Source: an uncultured Candidatus Saccharibacteria bacterium
GTDB lineage: Bacteria; Patescibacteriota; Minisyncoccia; Phycocordibacterales; DATGWK01
NCBI GenBank assembly: GCA_964356815.1
Contig: CAYHIR010000004.1
Coordinates: 842-64,841 of the forward strand
Direction of reading: 5' to 3'
DNA: 64,000 nucleotides
Positions 28,689-39,135 of the stretch are shown here, piece after piece. The position numbers were made by a program, and so were the translations under genes. The notes below the pieces were generated by a model. The model saw only the letters and a list, made by a program, of their open reading frames with translations. It made no database searches and was not told the DNA's origin. Every line of letters starts with the position of its first letter. The first letter of the stretch is position 1.

Positions 28689-29681
28689 TTGGTCTGCGCT
28701 CTCGCCGCTTTTAGTATTTTCGCCGCCAACACTGCCCATGCGAGTGTTTTTTCTTTTATTTCCGACATTTTTAATCAAGGAAAAACCGAAGCCTCTGTCA
28801 TCGAATACAATTCTCAAAAATTGCCGATCCTTGCCGCAGTGGCCGCTTCCTCCCTTTCTGTGGGTGGTGGCGATGTGGAGATTGTCGACGAAATTGCTCT
28901 CGTTTCGCAAGACAGCTCTTCTGATGGCGATGTTTTTCAGCCAAACAATGGCGAGATTAGTGTCTATGTTGTCCGCGCCGGCGACACGCTTTCACAGATT
29001 GCCAATATGTACGATGTTTCGGTCAATACTATTAAATGGGCCAACAATTTAGAGAAAAATGTCATTTCTGAAGGTCAGACGCTGGCCATTTTGCCTGTAT
29101 CTGGCGTGAGTCATACTGTAAAAGCTGGCGATACAGTGGCTAGTTTGGCCAAAAAGTATTCCGCTGATGCTGGTGAAATCATTCAGTTCAACGATCTAGA
29201 TGGCTCAAATCCAAAGTTGGCCGTTGGTTCTAAAATAATTGTGCCGGATGCCACTATCTCTGCCCCAGCTTCTTCGAGCGGCTCGTCTTCCGGTTCTAGC
29301 TCGGCTATCAAAAAGTTTGCTAGCCTCCCAGCTTACGAAGGCTACTACACAAAGCCAGTGGCAGGTGCTCGCAAGACCCAAGGCATTCACGGCTACAACG
29401 GCATCGATCTCGGCGCACCTATCGGCACTCCGGTTCTCGCCGCCGCTTCGGGTAAGGTCATTATTAGTAAAGACGCTGGCTACAACGGTGGTTATGGAAA
29501 CTACATCGTCGTCTATCACACAAACGGCACTCAAACTCTTTACGCTCATTTGAGTCGCAACGCTGTCGCCCAAAATACTGATGTTACAAAAGGTCAGGTC
29601 ATCGGCTATGTTGGTTCAACAGGAAAATCTACCGGTCCTCATCTGCATTTCGAAGTTCGTGGTGCGAAGAATCCTTTTTAG
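28689..29681 (+). CDS. LysM x2 plus M23 peptidoglycan endopeptidase (start uncertain)
   Basis: YVVRAGDTLSQIA, HTVKAGDTV, GIDLGAP, YAHL, STGPHLHFEV. Confidence 0.92.
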   Translation: MVCALAAFSIFAANTAHASVFSFISDIFNQGKTEASVIEYNSQKLPILAAVAASSLSVGGGDVEIVDEIALVSQDSSSDGDVFQPNNGEISVYVVRAGDTLSQIANMYDVSVNTIKWANNLEKNVISEGQTLAILPVSGVSHTVKAGDTVASLAKKYSADAGEIIQFNDLDGSNPKLAVGSKIIVPDATISAPASSSGSSSGSSSAIKKFASLPAYEGYYTKPVAGARKTQGIHGYNGIDLGAPIGTPVLAAASGKVIISKDAGYNGGYGNYIVVYHTNGTQTLYAHLSRNAVAQNTDVTKGQVIGYVGSTGKSTGPHLHFEVRGAKNPF

Positions 29682-29780
29682 GTCGGCCGGCAAAATTTAG
29701 TGCAATAAGTTATTTTTAGGTGTATTATTGCCGCAGATTTTTATAGGTAATTTTATTAGGGGTTTTGCATTAAAAAATTT

Positions 29781-30932
29781 ATGAACAACACCGTAAAACT
29801 GATCGGCGGAATTATCGTCTTGGTTTTGATTGTTTGGGGCATTACAGCGTTTACAAATCCATCAGGAGCGCCGGTTTCTGAAACTGGTCCGATTAAGATT
29901 GGATTTATTGGCCCGCTTTCTGGTGATGCGGCAGTTTACGGAGAAACAGAAAAAAACGCAGTGGAAATCGCTTTAGAAGAAATTAACCAGAGCGGAGAGC
30001 TAAAAAGAAGACTTGAGGTTATTTATGAAGACGGAAAATGCTCTGGCAAAGATGCGGTCACGGCGGCTCAAAAATTGATTAATATCGACAAAGTTAGCAT
30101 TATTTTTGGTGGAGTGTGCAGCTCTGAAACATTGGGGTTGGCTCCAGTAGTAGAGTCGAATAAAGTCGTACTTTTCTCTGCTTTTTCTAGTAGTCCACTG
30201 ATTAGTCAGTCTGGAGATTATGTATTCCGCAACTCACCTTCTGATTCTGATTTTGGTAAAGCAGACGCAGAATTGATTGCATCACAAGGGATAAAGCGTG
30301 TTGCTATGATTAGCGAAAACTCTGATTACTCGCAAGGAGTGCGCGGAGTGATGAAAAATATTTTGCAACAGAAAAATATCGAACTTGTATCTGATGAGGT
30401 ATTTAATTCCGGCACAAAAGATTTTCGTACCAATCTAACTAAAATTAAATCAGCAAACCCAGAGGCTATTTATGTTAATTCTGGGACATCACCGGCGATA
30501 GCTGGGTCCATTCCAAAACAGATTGGAGAGTTGGGAATTAAGAACGTAAAAATATTCGGCAATTTCATGTTGGGAGATAAAGAAGCTCTAAGTGTCGGTG
30601 GTCAGGCAATGGAAGGAGTAATATTTAGTGACGCTAGAGATTTAACACAATCTGCCGGCTCCCTAATTGAAAAATATAAATCAAAATTTCAAAAGGATCC
30701 TGCTCACAATTATCCTATGGCAGCAAGATATGATTCAGTTTACATTATAAAAGACGCAATCAAGAGTTGTGGGGGAGATGATAGTAATTGTATAAAAAAA
30801 TATCTGTACGGTATGCCAGAGTATAGCGGCACGATTGGAATTTACAGATTTGATTCAAATGGGGATTTGTCGAGCGATCAGTTTGCTGTCCATAAAAAAA
30901 TTGTAAATGGGAAAGCCGTGGAAATAAAATAG
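29781..30932 (+). CDS. Liv-type (branched-chain amino acid family) ABC substrate-binding protein 1
   Basis: N-terminal TM anchor; IKIGFIGPLSG, EDGKC, GGVCSS, DFRTNLTKIK. Confidence 0.9.
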   Translation: MNNTVKLIGGIIVLVLIVWGITAFTNPSGAPVSETGPIKIGFIGPLSGDAAVYGETEKNAVEIALEEINQSGELKRRLEVIYEDGKCSGKDAVTAAQKLINIDKVSIIFGGVCSSETLGLAPVVESNKVVLFSAFSSSPLISQSGDYVFRNSPSDSDFGKADAELIASQGIKRVAMISENSDYSQGVRGVMKNILQQKNIELVSDEVFNSGTKDFRTNLTKIKSANPEAIYVNSGTSPAIAGSIPKQIGELGIKNVKIFGNFMLGDKEALSVGGQAMEGVIFSDARDLTQSAGSLIEKYKSKFQKDPAHNYPMAARYDSVYIIKDAIKSCGGDDSNCIKKYLYGMPEYSGTIGIYRFDSNGDLSSDQFAVHKKIVNGKAVEIK

Positions 30933-30958
30933 GATTTATCCCACTCTATTCTGTCTAT

Positions 30959-31510
30959 ATGGAATTGTTATTTTCTCTACCACTGATCATCCTGTACTCC
31001 ATCGCATTTGGAGTGGCAATGAAAGTCGCGGATTTGTTTAATGAGCATGGACTGAAGGAGCGTTTTCATGGTAATTCAATGATGTTTGGTGTTTTGTGCG
31101 GCATTTTCGGTGGTTTAATTGTTTGGAGCGATATTTATTTGGCTAATGCCGCCATGGCTTTAATGCTGGGTTATATTTTCAGGTTAAGAATTGACCATAG
31201 AAATCACGCAGTTGCGGCCGTGATTATAATTACAGCTTTCCTTTTTCGTGGCACGATCGATTTACCGACAATCATCTTTTTCTTTCTAACCTTCGCCATC
31301 TTTGGTGGCATAAGAGATTATCTTGACGATACCTTGCACAGCAAATCCGGCATCCAAAAAATATTTGAGGCCGGCTGGTATTTAATCATTCCACCCCTGA
31401 TTTATTCGTATTTCACAGGTCACTGGCTGGTGTCTTTGTTCCTAATTTTATTCATTGTCTCTTATGATGTTGTAAAATATGTGTGGGAAAAACCGATGAT
31501 TAATGCTTAA
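30959..31510 (+). CDS. Hypothetical polytopic membrane protein
   Basis: About 6 hydrophobic segments. Confidence 0.6.
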   Translation: MELLFSLPLIILYSIAFGVAMKVADLFNEHGLKERFHGNSMMFGVLCGIFGGLIVWSDIYLANAAMALMLGYIFRLRIDHRNHAVAAVIIITAFLFRGTIDLPTIIFFFLTFAIFGGIRDYLDDTLHSKSGIQKIFEAGWYLIIPPLIYSYFTGHWLVSLFLILFIVSYDVVKYVWEKPMINA

Positions 31511-31565
31511 TAATTCTGTGTAGTATATTTAACCCATTCTTTGTTTTTGTGCCCAATGTGTTTTT

Positions 31566-32432
31566 ATGGAAATCATTCCCCAACTCATAGTCAACAGCAT
31601 TATTGCCGGCGCGATTTATATGATGATTGCGCTTGGGTTTAATCTCATTTTCAGCACGGTTAAGTTTTTCGACCTTGGCTTCGGTGCGCTTGCGGCTGTT
31701 GGTGGTTATACAACTTTTTATTTTTCCAATCGCCTTGGCTGGAATATTTTTGTGGCGGTGGCGCTTGGTGTGTTGGTTGCGGGGCTTATTGGTTTTCTTA
31801 TAAACAAATTCGTCTATACTCGCCTATCGAAAAATAAGGCGTCGTCGATGGTGATGCTCGTGGCTTCGCTTGGTGTGCTCACGGCGGTGCAGGCTGTGAT
31901 CGCCATGCTTTTCACGAGTCAGTTTCAGGTGCTTTCTTCGGTCTTGAGTGCCACAAAGGTCTACAACATTTACACTGCGGCTATCACTGAGATTCAGCTC
32001 ATTATTCTCGCGTCGGGTTTGATAATTGCCGCTGGTTTAGCTTTGCTTCTCAAGTGGACGAAATTTGGCCGAGCAGTGCGAGCAATTGGTGACGATCGTG
32101 AGGTGTCGGAAATCGTCGGTATTGATACGCGAAAAGTGATCGGCCGGATTTTTTTCATCGGTTCGGCTATTGCGGGTTTGGCTGGCGTGCTCTTTGGCTT
32201 AGACACAGGCATTGAGCCAACGATGGGCCTCTCGCTTCTCCTCAAAGGTGTCATCGCTTCGATCATTGGCGGTGTGGGCAATGTCTGGGGCGGTGTCGCC
32301 GGTGCATTTATTCTCGGCTTTGTGGAAAATTTTGGCATCTGGAAAATTTCCGGTGAATGGAAAGATGCGATCGCTTTTGGGGTGTTGATTGTTTTCTTGC
32401 TGTTTCGACCAAACGGGCTTTTCAGGAAGTGA
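31566..32432 (+). CDS. livH: Branched-chain amino acid ABC permease
   Basis: ALGFNLIF, TKFGRAVRAI, IIGGVG, FRPNGLF. Confidence 0.9.
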   Translation: MEIIPQLIVNSIIAGAIYMMIALGFNLIFSTVKFFDLGFGALAAVGGYTTFYFSNRLGWNIFVAVALGVLVAGLIGFLINKFVYTRLSKNKASSMVMLVASLGVLTAVQAVIAMLFTSQFQVLSSVLSATKVYNIYTAAITEIQLIILASGLIIAAGLALLLKWTKFGRAVRAIGDDREVSEIVGIDTRKVIGRIFFIGSAIAGLAGVLFGLDTGIEPTMGLSLLLKGVIASIIGGVGNVWGGVAGAFILGFVENFGIWKISGEWKDAIAFGVLIVFLLFRPNGLFRK

Positions 32433-32454
32433 GTCGGCGATTAAAATTTAACAA

Positions 32455-33321
32455 ATGGAATACTTAATTCATCTCGCAATCCTCGTCGGAATATACGCGA
32501 TGCTTGGCATATCGCTCAATTTGGTTGTGGGTTTCACTGGCCTGCTTTCCATCACTCAGGCGGCTTTCTATGGCATTGGTGGCTATGCGACGGCGATTTT
32601 GCTCACTGGTCTCGGTATGAATTTCTTTCTATCTGTCATCGCTGGTATCGTAATAACCGTTATTCTTAGCCTTATAATTGGCTTTGTGCTGAGCCGTTTT
32701 CGTGGCGACTTTTTCGCTCTCGGCTCTTTTGGTTTCAACATCATCATCTATAGCGTCCTTCTAAACTGGCAATCACTCACCCGCGGTCCGCTTGGCATTC
32801 CAGGCATTCCGCGCCCGTCACTTTTCGGCTATGTTTTTTCGGAAAACTTAAGCTTCTTGGTGCTCGTGATAGTTTTTGCCGCTCTCACCTATTTGCTCGC
32901 CCACTTTGTCACCCGATCTTCTTTCGGTCGCGTACTCAAAGCCATTCGCGAGGATGAAGAAGCGGCGGCGGTTTTTGGTTACAACACGCTCGTCTATAAG
33001 CTCACAATTTTCGTCATCTCAGCGGCTATTGCATCGGTTGCTGGTTCCCTTTTTGCTTCCTACATCACTTTCATCGACCCCTCGACTTTTGTTTTAAACG
33101 AATCGATCTTTATTCTTTCAATAATTATTCTCGGCGGCCTTTCTAGCCTGCGCGGCTCGGTACTCGGCGCGATCATTCTCATTCTTTTGCCCGAAATCTT
33201 GCGTTTTGTCGGTTTTCCAAGCGACATTGCCGCTCAAATGCGTCAATTTGTCTACGGTCTGCTTTTGGTTATACTGATGATGTATCGCCCTCAGGGCTTG
33301 GTTGGGGAGTATAAGCTTTAG
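32455..33321 (+). CDS. livM: Branched-chain amino acid ABC permease
   Basis: SLNLVVGFTG, LTRGPLGI, GRVLKAIREDE, RPQGL. Confidence 0.9.
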   Translation: MEYLIHLAILVGIYAMLGISLNLVVGFTGLLSITQAAFYGIGGYATAILLTGLGMNFFLSVIAGIVITVILSLIIGFVLSRFRGDFFALGSFGFNIIIYSVLLNWQSLTRGPLGIPGIPRPSLFGYVFSENLSFLVLVIVFAALTYLLAHFVTRSSFGRVLKAIREDEEAAAVFGYNTLVYKLTIFVISAAIASVAGSLFASYITFIDPSTFVLNESIFILSIIILGGLSSLRGSVLGAIILILLPEILRFVGFPSDIAAQMRQFVYGLLLVILMMYRPQGLVGEYKL

Positions 33322-33361
33322 GGGGGGGTTATTAAAAAAGGCGGTAAATAGGGCGAAAAAT

Positions 33362-34510
33362 ATGAAAAACACAATAATCTGGATAGTCGCAGCAGCAGTA
33401 ATTCTCGGCGGAATCTGGCTGTATCAGACGAAAAATGGTGATCAGGTTGGAACATTGGAAAATGGTGATCAGAAAACTCTCAATATTGGCGCACTTCTTC
33501 CTTTTAGCGGTCCAGCGGCATTTTATGGCGATCAGGCAAGAATGGGCGTTGAGCTTGCCAAAGAAGAAATGGCCGCAACGTATCCAAATCTAAATATCGT
33601 TGTCTCCTACGAGGATTCTTTCTTTACTCCGAAAGGTGGTGTTGATGGTTATAACAAATTGAAAAATACCAGCGGGCTTGATGCAGTTATTACTGGCGGT
33701 AGCCCGGTTTCTATGGCTGTAGCAGCACTGAGTAAGCAAGATGATTTGCTCCAGATGGGAATTTTTAGTGCCACCGATCTGTATACTTCGCCAGACGATT
33801 TAACTTTTCGAGTTACTACCAGAGTCTCTGTTGACCTAGAAAACACAATTGCTTTTTATCTTGAGAAAAAATTTAGTCGCTTGGCCATTGTTTATCTTAA
33901 TAATGATTTTGGTGCAAGTTTCCGAAATTCGCTGAAACAAAAAATCGATCAGGATAAATTGCCGATAAGTGTTGTGGCCGATGAGGGATTCCTTCTTGAT
34001 GCCAGCGATTTCCGCACGATTCTTCTGAAGGTAAAACAAAGCAATCCTGATGTGATTTTCATTGCTGGCACCACGCCACACAATGCCAAACTTCTTGTTC
34101 AGGCCAAAGAACTTGGAATCAAAACACAGATTACAAGCGTGCGAACTATCGAGGATCCAAATTTGTTCAAGACCGCAGGTAATGCCGCCGACGGAGTAAT
34201 CTTTACGGCTATCTTTGATGCTGATTCGGATCATCAGCCGACTAAAGATTTTATCAAAAGTTTTTTTGAAAGATACAACACAACACCTGACACTTATGCC
34301 GCTGAAGGCTACGAAGGTATGAAACTTACTGCACGGGCTTTGGCAAAATGTACCTCCGTTGACGCAGAATGTCTTAAAGAGGTGATGGCGGACCTAAGCG
34401 ACCACTCACCAATGTTCAAAGATTTTCATTTCGACCAAAACGGTGATCCGTTGTATGCGTTGTTCCTGAAGACAATTAAAAACGGGCAGTTCGTTAAATT
34501 AGAAAATTAA
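33362..34510 (+). CDS. Liv-type substrate-binding protein 2
   Basis: TM anchor; NIGALLPFSG, DFRTILLKVK; start at ATG 33362. Confidence 0.88.
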   Translation: MKNTIIWIVAAAVILGGIWLYQTKNGDQVGTLENGDQKTLNIGALLPFSGPAAFYGDQARMGVELAKEEMAATYPNLNIVVSYEDSFFTPKGGVDGYNKLKNTSGLDAVITGGSPVSMAVAALSKQDDLLQMGIFSATDLYTSPDDLTFRVTTRVSVDLENTIAFYLEKKFSRLAIVYLNNDFGASFRNSLKQKIDQDKLPISVVADEGFLLDASDFRTILLKVKQSNPDVIFIAGTTPHNAKLLVQAKELGIKTQITSVRTIEDPNLFKTAGNAADGVIFTAIFDADSDHQPTKDFIKSFFERYNTTPDTYAAEGYEGMKLTARALAKCTSVDAECLKEVMADLSDHSPMFKDFHFDQNGDPLYALFLKTIKNGQFVKLEN

Positions 34511-34520
34511 AATAATCACG

Positions 34521-35645
34521 ATGAATAAAAAAACAGCAATCTGGATAATCGTCGCAATCGTAGTCATCGGTGGAATCTGGTTCTATCAGACGAAAACTGG
34601 CAGTCAAACAGCAACACAAAATACTGAAGGTAAGATCCTAAAAATCGGCGCCATCTTGCCTCTTAGCGGACCAATCGCCAGCGCTGGTGGCTTCGCTAAA
34701 AATGGTATAGAAGAAGCTCTCGCTGATATTGCTGAAGACAAAAATCTAAACATCGAAGTTATTTTTGAGGACGGCCAATACGATGCCAAAACGTCTGTTT
34801 CGGCTTACAACAAATTAAAAACTGTCGATGGTGTTGATGCGCTGATTGTTTTTGGCACACCGTCTGTTATGTCTATTGCTCCGCTTGTGAATGCCGATCG
34901 TATTCCCCTTCTCGGTTTGCTAGCCGCGCCAAATTATTCTAGCCCCGATGACTTCACCTTCCGCATGATGGGTCACTCAGACACCGAAGCCAAATTTGCT
35001 TCAGATATTTTGGTAGACAAACTTGGTAAAAAGAAAATCGCGGTTATGTATTTAAACAACGATTACGGCACTGGCGCTTTGGCTTCATTTAAAAAATATG
35101 TTGCTGGCCGAGCAACTGTCGTAGCCGAAGAGGGTTCAGCCCCTGGTACAACCGATTATCGCGCTCAGCTCACAAAGATCAAAAATACTGCCCCAGACGC
35201 AATTTTCCTCGCTACTCTCTATAAAGAAGGTGGTCTGATCGTCAAACAAGCTAAGGAAATGGGCATTGCTGGGCCGTTTATGTGTGGCCAGCCATGTGAT
35301 GTGCCAGAGCTTATTACCACTGCCGGCGCGGCATCCGAAGGCCTTATTGTGGTTGCGCCTACAGACAAAAACGGTACTGGTTTCATCGACGAATATCAAA
35401 AAATCTATGGTGCCCGCCCAAGCTATCTTGCTCTTAGAACTTACGACGCCACAAACATTCTAAACTCAATCGCTCCAAACTGTGCGTCGAGCAATTTCTC
35501 TGGCGACTGTCTCAAAAAACAAATTGACGATCTAAACGGTTTCCCCGGTCTTTCCTACCCCATCAACTTCGATAATAATGGCGACATAAATGATCAGTTT
35601 GTGGTGAAGGTTATTAAAAATGGTAAATATGAGGCTTATGAATAA
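34521..35645 (+). CDS. Liv-type substrate-binding protein 3
   Basis: KIGAILPLSG, NNDYG, DYRAQLTKIK, FDNNGD. Confidence 0.88.
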   Translation: MNKKTAIWIIVAIVVIGGIWFYQTKTGSQTATQNTEGKILKIGAILPLSGPIASAGGFAKNGIEEALADIAEDKNLNIEVIFEDGQYDAKTSVSAYNKLKTVDGVDALIVFGTPSVMSIAPLVNADRIPLLGLLAAPNYSSPDDFTFRMMGHSDTEAKFASDILVDKLGKKKIAVMYLNNDYGTGALASFKKYVAGRATVVAEEGSAPGTTDYRAQLTKIKNTAPDAIFLATLYKEGGLIVKQAKEMGIAGPFMCGQPCDVPELITTAGAASEGLIVVAPTDKNGTGFIDEYQKIYGARPSYLALRTYDATNILNSIAPNCASSNFSGDCLKKQIDDLNGFPGLSYPINFDNNGDINDQFVVKVIKNGKYEAYE

Positions 35646-36792
35646 AGCAATCTGGACGATAGTCGTTGTCATCATATTAGTTCTCGCACTTGGCTTCATT
35701 GCTAAAGACAAAACGAGAAATTCAGAGTCGTCTGGTGAGCCGATAAAGATAGGTAGTATATCGGCACTGACTGGCGTTGGTGTAGCCGTTGGAGAAGAAG
35801 AAAGAAGGGGCGCAGAGCTTGCGGTTGAAGAGATAAATGAAAATGGTGGTGTGATTGGACGACCGCTAAAACTTATAAGCGAAGATCTTTCGATTGATAA
35901 ATTAAAAAATGCCGGTTTGGTAACCAGTAAGCTTATAAATGTTGATAAGGTGGTTGGGATTATTGGTGCCCAATGGGATGAGCCGGCAGCTGCTGTTCTA
36001 CCTATTATCGAAAAAGCCATGATTCCGATGATTGGTCCCAACGTTACTGACTCCATTGAAACAAACAACCTCGGCGACTATCTTTTTTCGACCTGGTATG
36101 ACAATCGTGTTGGTATAAACACGATTTTAGAATATGCAAAGCAAAAAGAATTTAAAACTGGCACTATAATTCGCATTTTTGACGGTGGTTTCTGGAAATT
36201 TACATCGGATCTTGTTGCAAAAAATGCCCCAGCATACGGCATAAAAATTATTGATGACATAAACATAAATAATCCATTGTCGAATGATTTTCGAACTTTT
36301 ATCACCAAAGCTAAAGCGAAAAATCCCGATTTTATTTTCTTTGTAACGTCAGACCCGAGCCAATGCGTTTTCTTCAAACAAATGAAAGAGCAAAATTTTG
36401 ATGTGCCTGTTCTTACAACCGAAGCGGCTGGCAACAGCGCTTCTCTCGCGCAATGTCCTGAGGATTTGGCTAATTTGTACTTCAGTACTCCTTCGCCGAA
36501 ACATGATAGATACAAGGTTTTTGAAAAGTCGTTTATTGAAAAATATGGCAGAAAACCACTCTTCCCCTCGGCAGTTACCGCCTATGACGCAGTACGTATA
36601 ATGGCTTCTGCTTTGGAAAAAACCAATGGAAAAAGCGGCAAAGATTTGCAGATAGCTCTATCAGAAACCAAAGATTTTCTAGGGGCCTCCTTGCCAAATA
36701 TCACATTCAAAGAAAATGGTTTTGTGCTTACCCCTGATGATATTTTTGAGATGCAGACTGTACGCGGTGGCGAGTTTGTGAGGGTCGAGTAG
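35638..36792 (+). CDS. Liv-type substrate-binding protein 4
   Basis: KIGSISALTG, EEINENGGVIG, AYDAV; start MNKAIW. Confidence 0.88.
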   Translation: MNKAIWTIVVVIILVLALGFIAKDKTRNSESSGEPIKIGSISALTGVGVAVGEEERRGAELAVEEINENGGVIGRPLKLISEDLSIDKLKNAGLVTSKLINVDKVVGIIGAQWDEPAAAVLPIIEKAMIPMIGPNVTDSIETNNLGDYLFSTWYDNRVGINTILEYAKQKEFKTGTIIRIFDGGFWKFTSDLVAKNAPAYGIKIIDDININNPLSNDFRTFITKAKAKNPDFIFFVTSDPSQCVFFKQMKEQNFDVPVLTTEAAGNSASLAQCPEDLANLYFSTPSPKHDRYKVFEKSFIEKYGRKPLFPSAVTAYDAVRIMASALEKTNGKSGKDLQIALSETKDFLGASLPNITFKENGFVLTPDDIFEMQTVRGGEFVRVE

Positions 36793-36800
36793 AACAATCA

Positions 36801-37469
36801 ATGAAAAAAGTAAATCCGGTAACGACAAAAAATCTACTAAGGGAAATAAAGACTCAGAAGTCTAAAATCAAATTCGTTAACGGTCTTCGGATTAAGGTTT
36901 GTCGCGGTGTTTTCCCGCCGCAAAGTCGGTGGTCTCGATCATCTAAACCCATTCACGACCTACTTGTCGATGTGAGTGGTAAAAAGGTTTTGGATATTGG
37001 CACGGGCACTGGTGTCCAAGCAATACACTCGGCTAAAAGCGGTGCTGAGATGGTCGTCGCTACAGACATAAATCCCGAAGCTGTTGAATGTGCAAAATTT
37101 AATGTCTCTCTAAACGGTTTCGAAAATAAAATCACTGTTTTTAAAAGCGATCTGTTTAAAAGTGTGCCGAAAGAAAAATTTGATGTCATCATTGCAAATT
37201 TACCTATAACCGACTATCTAGCCAAAGGTATTGTGTCTGCAGCTCTGTACGATCCGGACTATAAAATTCATAAAAGATTTTTCAAAAATGCCGGCGTATA
37301 TCTAAAAGCAGATGGATACATTCTCATGTCCCACATCAATTTTAAGGGCAAGGATGATTTCGACGACTTTGAAAAAATGATTGCAAAACATGGTTATAAA
37401 GTTGATAAATATGCAGACAAAAAGGCGTTGGGGTATACTTGGAGGATATATAAGATAAGTCGCAAATAA
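36801..37469 (+). CDS. HemK/PrmC-like N-methyltransferase
   Basis: GVFPP, VLDIGTGTG, DINPEAV, SDLF, FDVIIANLP. Confidence 0.8.
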   Translation: MKKVNPVTTKNLLREIKTQKSKIKFVNGLRIKVCRGVFPPQSRWSRSSKPIHDLLVDVSGKKVLDIGTGTGVQAIHSAKSGAEMVVATDINPEAVECAKFNVSLNGFENKITVFKSDLFKSVPKEKFDVIIANLPITDYLAKGIVSAALYDPDYKIHKRFFKNAGVYLKADGYILMSHINFKGKDDFDDFEKMIAKHGYKVDKYADKKALGYTWRIYKISRK

Positions 37470-37476
37470 TTTAAAA

Positions 37477-38211
37477 ATGTCTATTCTCCAAACCAAAAAC
37501 CTTCTCAAACAATTCGACAGCATCAAGGCTGTTGATCATCTTTCGATTACTATTCCTAAAGGCAAAATTACGGGCATAATCGGGCCAAATGGCTCGGGCA
37601 AAAGTACGCTCATAAATTTGCTCACAGGCATCATTCCGCTCACTGGCGGCGCTGTTGTGCTTCACGAAAAAATTCATCTAAGCCGCATCAAGTCGCATGA
37701 AGTGCCGGCCTATGGCATGACGCGCACTTTCCAGGACGTTCGCCTCTTCGAGCAAATGCCGGTGCTCGACAACGTCCTTCTCGCGCTTACCGAAAGAAAT
37801 GTTTGGAGTGCGATTTTTGAACGTCACAAAAAATTTCACCTCGAGCGCGCTGAAGAAGTTTTGAAACGCGTCGGCTTGTGGGAAAAGCGTGCTGAGCTTG
37901 CCGTCAATCTTTCCTACGGCCAGCGTAAGCTCTTAGAAATCGCTCGCGCTCTCGCCATGAACGCTGAAATCTATCTTTTCGACGAGCCTTTCGCCGGCCT
38001 TTTTCCTGAAATGATCAAAATCGTCGTCTCTATCGTTAAAGAACTCCGCGCCGCAGGCAAAACCATCATCCTCATCGAGCACAACATGACTCTCATCCGC
38101 GAACTTTCCGATCATGTCATCGTCATGGACAGCGGCAAACTTCTCGCCGAAGGCGAACCAGAAAAAGTCCTCCGCGAAAAACAAGTGGTGGAGGCGTATT
38201 TGGGGGAGTAA
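37477..38211 (+). CDS. livG: Branched-chain amino acid ABC ATPase
   Basis: GPNGSGKS, RTFQ, LSYGQRK, DEP.AG, AYLG. Confidence 0.9.
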   Translation: MSILQTKNLLKQFDSIKAVDHLSITIPKGKITGIIGPNGSGKSTLINLLTGIIPLTGGAVVLHEKIHLSRIKSHEVPAYGMTRTFQDVRLFEQMPVLDNVLLALTERNVWSAIFERHKKFHLERAEEVLKRVGLWEKRAELAVNLSYGQRKLLEIARALAMNAEIYLFDEPFAGLFPEMIKIVVSIVKELRAAGKTIILIEHNMTLIRELSDHVIVMDSGKLLAEGEPEKVLREKQVVEAYLGE

Positions 38212-38212
38212 A

Positions 38213-38956
38213 TTATTCCGTCTTCTTCCACATAATTTCAAAAATCTGTCGGAATGTTTTTGTAACGTCTGGATTTTCTATAATGATCGCTTGCAGATAA
38301 TTGTTAATAAAAATTCGAACGAATGTATCGGCAACTTCTATAGATGTGTTTGATGAATAATCACTCACTGGTAATTTTTTAAATATTCTTCCGTACTCCG
38401 CGTCCTTTTCTCTCCATTCTGTAAGCACTTCGTCGTCTGGTGCAAGTCCACGTACCTTTATTCCTCCTTCCATCATCACTTTTTTATTCAATCGTCTAAA
38501 AAACGACAAAAGTTCTGCGGGCGTGCCTTCGTCTGGCTTTGCATAAAATCCGACAACTTCTTTTCCCCTCAATTCTTTTGCTCGATATCTGATCGCTTCT
38601 TCCATACCTTTCAAACCCTCGAAGTAAAGAGTTTTCACTTCCACCTTGCTCTCATCGGCGACGCGCTCAAGCTCAGGCAAAACTTTTTTTGCTTGGCGCA
38701 TACGCTCTTCGGCGATAGCAAATACTTCGTGTGGTGGCTTAGCAATGAAAAGCTGTTTTTTGACACGCGGAATTTTAAATACAAAGCCCTTTTTTATGAG
38801 TTCTCCTATAACCACATACGCTGTGGGCTTCTTCAGGCCAGATTTCTCCGCCACTCCATAAGCGGATCCCCTTCCAAGGCCGAGTAGAGCGACGTAAACG
38901 CGCGCTTCTTTGTCTGAAAGGCCAAGCGTAAATAGAGCATTTGTTATTTCATCCAT
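38213..38956 (-). CDS. TrmB-family transcriptional regulator
   Basis: LGLSDKEARVYVALL wHTH, YFEG.KG, IIENPDV..TFRQIFE..W. Confidence 0.85.
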   Translation of the reverse strand: MDEITNALFTLGLSDKEARVYVALLGLGRGSAYGVAEKSGLKKPTAYVVIGELIKKGFVFKIPRVKKQLFIAKPPHEVFAIAEERMRQAKKVLPELERVADESKVEVKTLYFEGLKGMEEAIRYRAKELRGKEVVGFYAKPDEGTPAELLSFFRRLNKKVMMEGGIKVRGLAPDDEVLTEWREKDAEYGRIFKKLPVSDYSSNTSIEVADTFVRIFINNYLQAIIIENPDVTKTFRQIFEIMWKKTE

Positions 38957-39135
38957 AAATTGTTGCTTTTGCGTATATCCTTATACTAGTCAAAAATGCA
39001 ATTTAGTCAATAAAGTTGATGATTTATCATAGAACCTTAAAAAATCCTTTGTTTAATTCATAAAATAGGTATTTTGTACTCAATCTTTATGTACTTATTT
39101 GGCACATTTGACGGCATACTATAACATGTTGTCAT